A DNA stretch of 43,920 bases from an uncultured Eubacteriales bacterium (lineage in GTDB: Bacteria; Bacillota; Clostridia; Christensenellales; Pumilibacteraceae): assembly GCA_949289095.1 (NCBI GenBank), contig CASEMM010000113.1, positions 1 through 43,920 of the forward strand, written 5' to 3'. Under the pieces are notes generated by a model that made no database searches, was not told the origin of the DNA, and saw nothing but the letters and a program-made list of their open reading frames with translations. The position numbers were made by a program, and so were the translations under genes. Shown piece by piece: positions 1 through 8,733 of the stretch. Every line of letters starts with the position of its first letter. Within the stretch, counting starts at the first letter, position 1.

Positions 1-795
1 ATAATAGAAAACGGTATAGACATACCGCGCGCGAACACAATGGTCGTCATCAACTCGGATACGTTCGGTTTAAGCCAGATGTATCAGCTTCGCGGCCGCA
101 TAGGACGCAGCAACCGTCTCGCATCCGCGTATTTCACGTACGATTCGAACAAGCAGATGACTGACGTTGCCATGCAGCGGCTGGATGCCATCATGCAGTG
201 CAAGGAACTGGGGAGCGGATTCATGCTCGCAATGCGCGATCTCGAACTGCGCGGCGCGGGAAACGTGCTCGGACGCGAACAGCACGGACATATGGAGGCG
301 GTCGGTTACGATACGTACATGAAACTGCTGCGCGAGGTCATTGCGGAGAGTTCGGGCGGCGAGATAAAAGAGCGCAAGGAAGTGGCCGTAAGAACGGAGT
401 ACAACGCATATATACCCGAAAATTACGTTACGGACGAAGAATGGCGCGTGCGGCAGTACGGCAATATTTCGCGGATAGACAGCATGCGCGATCTCAGACG
501 GATGATAAATACCATGCGCGACATATACGGCGCGCCGCCCGACGAGGTCGTCAATCTCCTCACGGTCGCGCTCGTCAAGAACAGGGCTGCGGACTTCGGC
601 GCGGACGAAGTGACTCTCATGCGCGGAAAGAGCGCGGTCGTGTTCAGACTCGCAAAGGACGTTCCTCACGGATTCGTGGAACGTGCGGAGAACATGGGCG
701 GGGAATTGGCAATGACGGACAAACTGTCCGTATCGTTCCCGACAGGCGGCATGCTCGTGAAATTTTTGTGCGAAAGCGGCTCGGGCGCGGCATAA
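1..795 (+). CDS. mfd: Transcription-repair coupling factor Mfd, C-terminal fragment (5' end upstream of window)
   Basis: Frame 1 is open from base 1: IIENGIDIPRANTMVVINSDTFGLSQMYQLRGRIGRS (SF2 helicase motifs V/VI as in Mfd), then a TRCF-type C-terminal domain. TAA at 793-795. Confidence 0.9.
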   Translation: MIENGIDIPRANTMVVINSDTFGLSQMYQLRGRIGRSNRLASAYFTYDSNKQMTDVAMQRLDAIMQCKELGSGFMLAMRDLELRGAGNVLGREQHGHMEAVGYDTYMKLLREVIAESSGGEIKERKEVAVRTEYNAYIPENYVTDEEWRVRQYGNISRIDSMRDLRRMINTMRDIYGAPPDEVVNLLTVALVKNRAADFGADEVTLMRGKSAVVFRLAKDVPHGFVERAENMGGELAMTDKLSVSFPTGGMLVKFLCESGSGAA

Positions 796-800
796 AATGC

Positions 801-829
801 TTGCCTTTTTATGCGCCTTTATGTATAAT
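801..829 (+). promoter_or_regulatory. Putative sigma-A promoter TTGCCT-17-TATAAT
   Basis: TTGCCT at 801-806, 17-nt spacer, TATAAT at 824-829, upstream of the 886 CDS. Confidence 0.4.
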
Positions 830-845
830 TGAAAAGACCATTTAT

Positions 846-872
846 AAAATGCCGCCCGGCAGCGGCGTTTTC
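846..872 (+). terminator. Terminator-like hairpin (mfd terminator or leader attenuator)
   Basis: AAAATGCCGC-ccggca-GCGGCGTTTT. GC core is 851-855/862-866, flanked by A and T runs. It lies between the putative promoter and the start codon at 886. Confidence 0.45.
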
Positions 873-885
873 GAGAGAAAGTTAA

Positions 886-3366
886 ATGAAAAAAACCGCA
901 GTCAAAAAGTTAATCGCACTTATTGTTTGCGCCGTCACAGTCGCGGCGTTCCTTACGGGATGCACGATATTCGAATATGACGAAGACGCGGATATGGAAC
1001 AGGCGATAATCGACATCGCTCCCATATCGTACACTTACGAAGTGCCTCTCCGCGAGGATTACACCGATCCTTACGGCAGAACCGTATACGAACTCGATGA
1101 ATCCGGAAACAAAACGGATAAGCCGGTGTCCTCCGTCGTGCGCGATCACGACGGCAACCCCGTGCATGTCCCCGCGACGAACGCGTCGGGCGAGTTCCTG
1201 TATGTCGGTTACGATACGAAGAGCGACGAAAACGGAAACGAGGTTTCGGAGCGCGTGGCGGGCGGCGTTACCGCGTCCGATCCCCGCGTTTATACCGAGG
1301 CAGACGGCAAGAACGGCGATAATCATTTCATAGTGCTGACTGAGGCGAACGGCGTTTCGGTCGAGCGCAGCTATACCGCCGACGAATACCGTTTCGAAGG
1401 ACTCGTCGCGGCGACGGGCAATGCGTATTATGCGCTCTGGACGAAGGTTTCGGACGGATCTCCGGCATACGGCAAGGTAAAAGTCTGCGCTCCGGGCGAG
1501 AGCGAAGAGAACGGCACGTCATACGTTCCCGCCGACACCGAAGCGCTCTATGTCGTGGAACTTCCCGAGGTGCTGTATTTCAGAACGGGCAGCGCGCCCG
1601 ATCCTTCGCGCGATACGTGGAGCTGGACGGAATACGTCCACGAATCCGTGACGGCGCAGGGCGAAACCGCGGGGGATTCGGTTTACAAGCAGACGGTTAT
1701 AGAATACTTCGACGAAAGCGGCTACGCGTATTACAGCGAAAACGGCTATACTATAGACGAGATATTCGACGAGATAACCGAGCAGCTTTATACGAGCAGC
1801 ATAGAAATATCCGAAGCCGAGATTGCGATCGCGGGCGGATACGTCGACTGGGGCGTACCCGAGATCAACGATGTGAATAAGACGATTTACGAAGGCATCG
1901 ACGCCGCGCTCGACGAGCTTTACGCCGAAATCATGGGCGAGGAGCACGACGACGGTTCTTCGGTGAGCGGCGACGATTCGACCGCGCCTTCGACGCCGGA
2001 GGACGGTATGGAAAATTATACCGTCTGGCACATAACGCAGGAGCCCGACAGGCTGGTGGGAAGCGGTGCCACGGCCGAAGTGCGTTCGGGAGAACGCGCG
2101 GCAATGCGCCGTCTCGTCGACGCGGTCGAGGATTACGTGGACAACGAACGCGCGATGTCGGCAGAAGACCGCGCGAAATACGAGAACGAAATCGCCGATA
2201 TGCGCAAAAGGCTGAATACGCCGTCCGACGTCGACGAGCTTTACGTCGGTTTCGGCAATTACGAAGTGGTCCGCTATATTTACGGACAGTCGCGCGAATA
2301 CGGGCTTATGACGGAAGGACTGCGCGAATATATCGCGGGCGAAACCATAACCGCGGATACGGCGGAAGCGAAAAGGGCGTTTGCCGATGAAGTCGCGCGT
2401 CAGAAGGCGGCGTACTCTGCGGATATAAACACATACTACGACGAAGCCACGGGCGACACAACCATACTCTATTATGCGGACGAAGAGATATTCTGGGTCA
2501 AGCATATCCTCATTCCGTTCTCGGAGGAGCAGACGGATGCGCTCGAAGCATATAAGAACAAGGGGCATTCGGACGCGGACGTCGAAGCGTTCCGCCGTAA
2601 GCTCGGCATGAACGTGGTTGCGGAAAAGTTCGGAGAGGACGGCGAAGCGACCGGCGAGACCTGCACGATATATCAGGCGTGGAGCGACATAAAGGCGAAG
2701 ATGTCCGCCGTCGCGGGCGATCCGTATGCGGCAGCGACGACTTTTGATACGCTGATAGACACCTATAATACGGATGAAGGCATCCGCGATAACGAAATGG
2801 GGTATGCCGTAACCGCGACGAGCGAAAAGAACGGCGGACGCGAAGAGACGTATATGATAGAGTTCGCTACCGAATCGCGCGCGCTGTACAATGCGTACCG
2901 CAAGGGAATGTCGCTCGACGGGTTCAAGAATTCCGATCCCGACGACGCTTATGAGGCGGATCCCGATTTCACCGCGCCCGCGAACGTCGTCAATGAGGGC
3001 AGCATATCCGTGCCGGTGCTGACGGATTACGGCTGGCATATAATGTTCCTCAACGTCGTGCCCAAAGTCGGACAGTCGCTGTCTTTCGACAGTTATCTCA
3101 CTCCCGCAAAAATAACGAAGGCGGGCGAGTCGTTCGTCGAGGACGTTACGGAGAGTCAGAACGCGTTCTACGAGAGCTGGCTTTCGTCGGCTGCAAACCG
3201 CTACTATAAAAACGGCGAAGTGATCACCGTATACAAAAACAGGTTCGAGAGGTACCTCGACGATTACGATGAGAGCTTCTCGTCGCAGCAGACTGCCGAC
3301 GAAGAGCAGGCTGCCGCGGAAGAAGAGGCAAACAGCGGCTCGTCGACGGGAACGACTACCGCATAA
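886..3366 (+). CDS. Large PrsA/SurA-like parvulin peptidyl-prolyl isomerase lipoprotein
   Basis: Lipobox signal peptide MKKTAVKKLIALIVCAVTVAAFLTGC. Parvulin hallmarks FWVKHILIPFSEEQ and VLTDYGWHIMFLN in the C-terminal third. Acidic tail. Sits next to mfd, as is common in Firmicutes. Confidence 0.75.
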   Translation: MKKTAVKKLIALIVCAVTVAAFLTGCTIFEYDEDADMEQAIIDIAPISYTYEVPLREDYTDPYGRTVYELDESGNKTDKPVSSVVRDHDGNPVHVPATNASGEFLYVGYDTKSDENGNEVSERVAGGVTASDPRVYTEADGKNGDNHFIVLTEANGVSVERSYTADEYRFEGLVAATGNAYYALWTKVSDGSPAYGKVKVCAPGESEENGTSYVPADTEALYVVELPEVLYFRTGSAPDPSRDTWSWTEYVHESVTAQGETAGDSVYKQTVIEYFDESGYAYYSENGYTIDEIFDEITEQLYTSSIEISEAEIAIAGGYVDWGVPEINDVNKTIYEGIDAALDELYAEIMGEEHDDGSSVSGDDSTAPSTPEDGMENYTVWHITQEPDRLVGSGATAEVRSGERAAMRRLVDAVEDYVDNERAMSAEDRAKYENEIADMRKRLNTPSDVDELYVGFGNYEVVRYIYGQSREYGLMTEGLREYIAGETITADTAEAKRAFADEVARQKAAYSADINTYYDEATGDTTILYYADEEIFWVKHILIPFSEEQTDALEAYKNKGHSDADVEAFRRKLGMNVVAEKFGEDGEATGETCTIYQAWSDIKAKMSAVAGDPYAAATTFDTLIDTYNTDEGIRDNEMGYAVTATSEKNGGREETYMIEFATESRALYNAYRKGMSLDGFKNSDPDDAYEADPDFTAPANVVNEGSISVPVLTDYGWHIMFLNVVPKVGQSLSFDSYLTPAKITKAGESFVEDVTESQNAFYESWLSSAANRYYKNGEVITVYKNRFERYLDDYDESFSSQQTADEEQAAAEEEANSGSSTGTTTA

Positions 3367-3374
3367 ACGCGCAC

Positions 3375-3410
3375 AAAGCGGCGGGACGGCATTTCGCCGT
3401 CCCGCTTTCC
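3375..3410 (+). terminator. Rho-independent terminator candidate
   Basis: GCGGGACGGC (3381-3390), loop atttc, GCCGTCCCGC (3396-3405), then TTT. Confidence 0.6.
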
Positions 3411-3422
3411 TTCGGAGAAAGT

Positions 3423-4496
3423 ATGATAAGAAGCAGGCTTGCGGGCGGGCTCGTGCCGTATACGGCGGGCGAGCAGCCCGTGGAAAAGACAATCAAACTG
3501 AACACCAACGAAAATCCGTATCCGCCGTCGCCCGCGGTTTACCGCGCGCTCGGAGCTTTCGACGCGGAAAAATACAGACTGTATCCCGATCCGACGGCGC
3601 TTTCCCTGCGCCGGGCGATAGCCGGGTACGAGGGGGTGGGAGAGGAGAACGTCTTTGTCGGCAACGGCAGCGACGAAGTGCTGTCGCTCGCGTACGCGGC
3701 GTTTTTCGGCGGCGAGGACAAACCCGTGATATTTGCGGACGTGACGTATTCGTTCTATGAGGTGTTCGGTTCGCTGTACGGAGTCAGGTATCGGGAGGTT
3801 CCGCTTCTGCCGGATTTCCGTCTCGACGTGCGCGGTATGGCGGCTCTTGCCGGCGAAGCGTGCGGCTGTGTGTTTGCAAACCCGAACGCGCCCACATCGC
3901 TTGCGGAAGAACGGGAGGATCTGCTCGCGCTCGTGCGTGCATACGCGGGAAAGGCCGTCATTGCCGACGAGGCGTACGCCGATTTTTCGCACGTTCCGTC
4001 CCTCGTTCCGGATACGGAAGAATATCCCAATCTCCTCGTAGTCAAGACGTTTTCCAAAAGCCGCAGCCTTGCCGGAGCGCGGTGCGGCTATGCGGTTGGG
4101 GACAAAGCGCTTATAGACGCGCTGCGCACGGTCAAGAACTGTTTCAACAGTTATCCGGTGAACGCCGTGACGGCTGCCGTTGCCGAGGCTGCCGTGCGGG
4201 ACGGCGCATATTTCCGCGAATGCGTTTCACGCATTAAATCCACGCGCGGCTCTCTCGTGAAATCGTTGCGAGGTCTCGGTTTCGACGTGCCTGACAGCGA
4301 TGCGAATTTCGTGTTCGCATCTCACCCGGAAGCCGGAGGCGCGGAGCTTCAGAGCGCGCTGAGAAAACGCGGAATAGTGGTGCGTCGTTTCGATCGTCCG
4401 CGCATTGCGGACCGTCTGCGCATAACGGTAGGAACGGAAGAGGACGTTTCGGCTCTCATCGTTGCTCTCCGGGAAACGCTCGGCAGCCGAATATAA
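3423..4496 (+). CDS. hisC: Histidinol-phosphate aminotransferase
   Basis: LNTNENPYPPSP N-terminal motif and PLP-lysine motif KTFSKSRSLAGARCGY. SD GGAGAAAG precedes the ATG. Confidence 0.9.
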   Translation: MIRSRLAGGLVPYTAGEQPVEKTIKLNTNENPYPPSPAVYRALGAFDAEKYRLYPDPTALSLRRAIAGYEGVGEENVFVGNGSDEVLSLAYAAFFGGEDKPVIFADVTYSFYEVFGSLYGVRYREVPLLPDFRLDVRGMAALAGEACGCVFANPNAPTSLAEEREDLLALVRAYAGKAVIADEAYADFSHVPSLVPDTEEYPNLLVVKTFSKSRSLAGARCGYAVGDKALIDALRTVKNCFNSYPVNAVTAAVAEAAVRDGAYFRECVSRIKSTRGSLVKSLRGLGFDVPDSDANFVFASHPEAGGAELQSALRKRGIVVRRFDRPRIADRLRITVGTEEDVSALIVALRETLGSRI

Positions 4497-4512
4497 GCCG
4501 CATGCAAAAACG

Positions 4513-4542
4513 AAACGGTCCGTAAAGTCAGGCGGACCGTTT
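4513..4542. terminator. Bidirectional terminator hairpin between convergent hisC and yyaC
   Basis: AAACGGTCCG (4513-4522), 10-nt loop, CGGACCGTTT (4533-4542). A/T runs on both sides. Confidence 0.6.
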
Positions 4543-4560
4543 CATCGCAAGAGTTATTTT

Positions 4561-5118
4561 TTATCCGGGCGTTTGCTTCCGGAACGCTTTGCCGTGCGCT
4601 TCGTCGGCATGCCGTCTGCCGAATGCCGCGAAACGTATTCCGTCCGCTATGCGCGATGCGAGCGAAAACGGGAGCGCGAGACGCACTCCGGAGAGCGAGC
4701 CGGCTCCAAGTCTTCTCGACGATACCACGCCCGCAATTCCGAGATCGCCTACGGCGGGCATGGATTTTCCCACCGCCGCGGCGGGGCGCAGTCCTCCGTG
4801 CATTATCACGACGGACCCCACTTCGCCGTCCGTACCGAGCGCGCTGTCCACGGCTATGACGAACGCTTGCGGATGACGCCGCCGAAGCAGTTCGTAATTT
4901 TCGCGTACGTTAAGCGCGGTCACGGGCGACGCAAGACTGCCGTATACGGTCATTCCGCTGCCTGCAAGCAGATATCCCGTGAGCGGACCGACACAGTCTC
5001 CCGTCACGCGGTCGCTGCCTATGCACAGCACGACTATTTCCGCTCCGTGCGGGATCGCGCTGCGTACGGATTCGCATATATCGGACGCTGTCGCGCCGCT
5101 GTTGCGCAGATAAGTCAT
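4561..5118 (-). CDS. yyaC: Spore protease YyaC-family protein
   Basis: VVLCIGSDRVTGDCVGPLTGYLL matches the YyaC CIGTDRSTGDSLGP signature. ATG at 5118; the track's start at 5121 is a GTG one codon upstream. Confidence 0.8.
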   Translation of the reverse strand: MTYLRNSGATASDICESVRSAIPHGAEIVVLCIGSDRVTGDCVGPLTGYLLAGSGMTVYGSLASPVTALNVRENYELLRRRHPQAFVIAVDSALGTDGEVGSVVIMHGGLRPAAAVGKSMPAVGDLGIAGVVSSRRLGAGSLSGVRLALPFSLASRIADGIRFAAFGRRHADEAHGKAFRKQTPG

Positions 5119-5242
5119 CACACGTTATTATAGTCCGGCGCGCGCATTCCGAAACGCGTTTCGCGCGGATAAATGCGTATTCCGCCCAAACAGTCAAATT
5201 CCGCGCCTTTCCGTCATATATAATATCCGAGGAGACGAACGT

Positions 5243-6130
5243 ATGATACACGAAAAACGTTTGCTTGTGCTCGTCGGAGAGTCGAGCGGCTGTCTGCGGC
5301 TGGAAAGAACGCAGTCCGCGATCGCGTGCAGACTGACGGGCAGCGTGCGCGGCGAGTGCGTGCTTGCCGTGCGCACGGGCGGAAAACTGTATACCTTCGG
5401 GCGGTTCACTCTGCCGCCCGCATATTCGTTTACTCTGCCGGCATCCGCTTCGCTCGACGATCTCGTCGCGGCAGTGGGGGATACGCGCGGCAGACTGACC
5501 ATGAGCGGCGGGTTCAGAAGACCCATGCCGTGGCAGAGCAATATGGAGGACGATCTGCGTCGCGCCGCCCGCGATTACGGCGGCGCCGCCGAAGCGCGCA
5601 ACATAAACGATTATTTTCTCGATATCGTGCCGCAGGATTACGACGACGGAAGGATCGCCGAGGTAAATTATTATAAATCCAATCTGTCGTGTGCGGAGTC
5701 GCCGCATCCCGGACAGAACGATCGTGAATCTGCATGCCGGACCGAGCCGCCACGTCCGGAGCCCGCCGCGATAGAAAAAACGAATTATGAAGAACGGGAG
5801 AGCGCGGGCGGAAGCGGACTGACGCATGCGGAGGAAGAGCGGCGTACGCTTCGGCGCGATATCGGCGGGACGGGTGCGGAACGCGGAAATCCGCACGGCG
5901 GAAAACGGACGGACGAAGCGGAAACGGCGGCAGCGGTATCCGCGGCGAGCGAAGATCCGCCGCTGTCGGACGACGATTACGGTGCGAGAAAAGCTCCGGA
6001 ACTCGGCAGCGCTTCGTTTTACGACGGCGTGTCCGATCAGCTTGACAAGCTGTTCGGGAAGTGCGAAAGATTCGCCCTGCTGGAAAAACTCCTTGCTGTC
6101 TCGCGCTGGATAAGGGTGGATTACGATTAG
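5243..6130 (+). CDS. Hypothetical protein; N-terminal part of a frame interrupted by an in-frame TAG
   Basis: SD GAGGAG lies 8 nt before ATG 5243. The ORF stops at TAG 6128-6130, and the same frame continues into 6137-6331. Confidence 0.55.
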   Translation: MIHEKRLLVLVGESSGCLRLERTQSAIACRLTGSVRGECVLAVRTGGKLYTFGRFTLPPAYSFTLPASASLDDLVAAVGDTRGRLTMSGGFRRPMPWQSNMEDDLRRAARDYGGAAEARNINDYFLDIVPQDYDDGRIAEVNYYKSNLSCAESPHPGQNDRESACRTEPPRPEPAAIEKTNYEERESAGGSGLTHAEEERRTLRRDIGGTGAERGNPHGGKRTDEAETAAAVSAASEDPPLSDDDYGARKAPELGSASFYDGVSDQLDKLFGKCERFALLEKLLAVSRWIRVDYD

Positions 6131-6136
6131 ATCGGC

Positions 6137-6331
6137 ATGTATTATCTGGTGGGGCTGATCGGCGATCCCGTAAGATACATATGCTACGGCGTGCCGGGCG
6201 AGTATTCCCCGTCGCCTCCTTCCGAGCTTGCCGGCTACTGTCAGTGGCTGGCGTCGGACGCCGGCGATCCTTCGGGCAAGGGATTCTGGATAATGTATCA
6301 GGACGCTGCCACGGGGAAAAGTATACTCTGA
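6137..6331 (+). CDS. Hypothetical protein; probable C-terminal continuation of 5243-6130
   Basis: Same frame as 5243-6130, separated only by TAG plus 2 codons. No SD before ATG 6137. The compact YICYGVPGEY...GFWIMYQDAATG segment looks like a folded domain. Confidence 0.4.
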   Translation: MYYLVGLIGDPVRYICYGVPGEYSPSPPSELAGYCQWLASDAGDPSGKGFWIMYQDAATGKSIL

Positions 6332-6399
6332 TATGAAAAACGCGCGCCCGCAGTCTTGCGGACGGAGACGGAAGAGTGCGAAAACATGCCGCAATGCGG

Positions 6400-6426
6400 A
6401 GCGCATACGCCGTATGCGCTTTTTTG
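6400..6426 (+). terminator. Rho-independent terminator
   Basis: AGCGCATAC-gcc-GTATGCGCT followed by TTTTTT (6420-6425). Confidence 0.8.
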
Positions 6427-6481
6427 CGTTTCTCTTCCCGCCGAAAGGACGTCCTATCGGTCATAAACGCCGATAAATCTC

Positions 6482-6511
6482 TTGACTTGAAAAAGCGCAT
6501 TGTTGTATAAT
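6482..6511 (+). promoter_or_regulatory. Putative sigma-A promoter TTGACT-18-TATAAT
   Basis: TTGACT at 6482-6487 and TATAAT at 6506-6511. A 40-nt leader with SD GAGGGAAGG precedes ATG 6552. Confidence 0.55.
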
Positions 6512-6551
6512 AAAAAAACCGAAAGCTTGTTAGCGACAGAGAGGGAAGGTA

Positions 6552-8666
6552 ATGAAGACCGTTGATATAAACAAAGGCTGGCGTAACGCCGCCGCCGACG
6601 GAGAGGATTGCGCGGAGCTTCCTTTCGAGTCGCCGCAATACGGCAGGCTCGTGCTGACGGCTGTGTCGCCGTCGGACGCCGTTCACGCGTTTCTGGATAT
6701 AGACGGCGCCGAGGGCGTTATAGACGTATTTGCAGACGGCGAATGCGTCGGAAGCGCGACGGGCGGAGTTCGCCTTCCGGTATATGTCGGAGCGCTTTCC
6801 GCCGGGCGCAGCGTGCTCGGAATGTCGTTCGAGGACGGCGGCGCGGTGACGCGCGGAGCGACGTTGCATTTTTCGCAGTCGGATACTTACATCAGACCGT
6901 TCGGACTGTTCGTCCGGACTCTCGCCTGCGACGGAGAAAGCGCGGAACTGGAAATTTCCGCGGACATAACCGGTCGGGAAAGCGGCAAGCGCAGGCTCGC
7001 GCTGGAACTTTCGGTAATAAACGCGCGCGGCAGACGTTCGTGCCGCAAGTCGAAAAAATTCGTTTTTACCGGCGGAAATAAAAAGGTGACGGTTCCCGTA
7101 AAAATGCGCCGTGCGTATCCTTACGAATCCGACAAGCCTTATCTCTATACGCTGCGCGCCGTCCTTTCGGATGAGAGCGGAGACGTACTCGACGAATCGG
7201 AGACCCGGTTCGGCGTTCGGGTGCAGGGCGTGTTCGAAACGGGTTCTCTTATAGGAGCGACCGTTCCGCATTCCTGCGGAATAACGGGCGAGGCGAGTAT
7301 TCTCGACGCGGAAAAGCGCAAACTGTCCGCCCTCCGCGATCTCGGATATAACGCCGTAAGATATATCGGTCTGCCGTCTCCTCACGCGCTTGCCGCTGCC
7401 GACGAACTCGGATTGCGGCTGATCGTAGACGTGTTCGACAACTGGACTCATCCGCGCGAGGGCAGTCTGTCTCATCTTTATTTCGGAAAAGAGTGCGCGG
7501 CGCGCGCGGCGTATGCCGTTTCCGTGCTTCGCAATCATCCGTCCGTAGTCATGTACTCCGCCGGCAATATGTGCGAGGAGACTTACGGGCGCAGGGGCGC
7601 GGAGTGTGCTCCGGAGATATTTTCCGCGATAAGGGAAGCAGATCCGTCGCGTCCCGCGGCGATAGCTCTCGGCAGACTCGTTCCGACCGAAGGTGAACTC
7701 GTCCGAGCTGGAGCTAAACGCGCCGAACTGCGGGGACAGAGCGACGCGGGACTTATAGGTCTGGGCGACGTGTACGGTATTCCCGACGCGCTCACGGCGT
7801 CGGTAGCGTCGCTTGCGGACGTGTGTCTGTGTTCCGACGGTTTCAGACCTCCGGCAGACAAGCCGTATCTGCGCGTCGACACCCGTCCCGAAAACGCGTT
7901 CGAGTCCATGCGTTCGGCGGAGGACGACGAGAACATGCTCGGCGATCTCTCTCCTTCGGGAATGGACCGCTCGTCGCACGGCGTTACCGTTGCCGGCGAC
8001 ATAGATCATACCTGTCTGCCGCGCAATTCCGGACTCTATCGTTCGATGCTTTGCGGCGCGGGCAGCTCGTTCATTCTCGTCGGAGACAAGGACGCAGGCA
8101 TGCTCGAAGGTTCGCAGTGCTGGAAGGCGGCGGAGGGAGAAACGGTAAGCGTCCGCGTATTCACTCCGGGCGATGTCGTCGCGCTGTATCTCGGAGATTA
8201 TCTCGTCGGCAGACGGCTTGCCGGCAAGGTGAATAAGCAATACGCTTCGTTCGAGGTGGAATATCATCCGGGCAGACTGGAAGCCGTCAGTTATCTGCGC
8301 GGCAGGGAGTGCGACAGGGTGTCGCTTGCAACGCCGTCCGCTCCTCGCGGAATATCGCTGCTGACCGGTTCCAGGAAAATAAGCGCGTCCGGCGGGGATA
8401 TATGCTTTATCGACGTCTGGGTTACCGACGAAAACGGCGAGCCTTCTCCCGATTATACGGGTGACATAAGCGTGACTGCGGAGGGCGCCGGGGAAATAAT
8501 CGCCATGGGCTGCGAATACGGCAGAAGCGCGGACGAGGATATCGTGACTGCGGCAGGAGGTCATGCACTCGTAGCGGTGCGCGGCACGGCTGCCGGCAAA
8601 TGTACGGTGCGGGCGAAGGCGCGCGGACTGCGCGCCGGCAGACTGACCGTCACGGTTAAAGAATAA
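6552..8666 (+). CDS. Glycoside hydrolase family 2-like protein (divergent) with C-terminal Ig-like domain
   Basis: GH2-type N-terminal sugar-binding segment (LDIDGAEGVIDVFADGECVGSATGG) and Ig-like segment ending PYLYTLRAVL...ETRFGVRV. The TIM-barrel region has atypical motifs. C-terminal Big-like beta domain. Confidence 0.6.
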   Translation: MKTVDINKGWRNAAADGEDCAELPFESPQYGRLVLTAVSPSDAVHAFLDIDGAEGVIDVFADGECVGSATGGVRLPVYVGALSAGRSVLGMSFEDGGAVTRGATLHFSQSDTYIRPFGLFVRTLACDGESAELEISADITGRESGKRRLALELSVINARGRRSCRKSKKFVFTGGNKKVTVPVKMRRAYPYESDKPYLYTLRAVLSDESGDVLDESETRFGVRVQGVFETGSLIGATVPHSCGITGEASILDAEKRKLSALRDLGYNAVRYIGLPSPHALAAADELGLRLIVDVFDNWTHPREGSLSHLYFGKECAARAAYAVSVLRNHPSVVMYSAGNMCEETYGRRGAECAPEIFSAIREADPSRPAAIALGRLVPTEGELVRAGAKRAELRGQSDAGLIGLGDVYGIPDALTASVASLADVCLCSDGFRPPADKPYLRVDTRPENAFESMRSAEDDENMLGDLSPSGMDRSSHGVTVAGDIDHTCLPRNSGLYRSMLCGAGSSFILVGDKDAGMLEGSQCWKAAEGETVSVRVFTPGDVVALYLGDYLVGRRLAGKVNKQYASFEVEYHPGRLEAVSYLRGRECDRVSLATPSAPRGISLLTGSRKISASGGDICFIDVWVTDENGEPSPDYTGDISVTAEGAGEIIAMGCEYGRSADEDIVTAAGGHALVAVRGTAAGKCTVRAKARGLRAGRLTVTVKE

Positions 8667-8733
8667 TCTTAACGTTAAAATAATCGAAACGCCGTATTAT
8701 ATCGGTAATACGGATCGGAGAGCAATACAGATA

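Noticed and set aside
6128-6130. The in-frame TAG as a pyrrolysine or reassigned sense codon.
   Set aside because: TAG clearly terminates other genes in the window: ispE at 20815-20817, acyltransferase 1 at 39574-39576, and the DUF4250 gene at 43916-43918. No pyl genes or methylamine methyltransferases are present.
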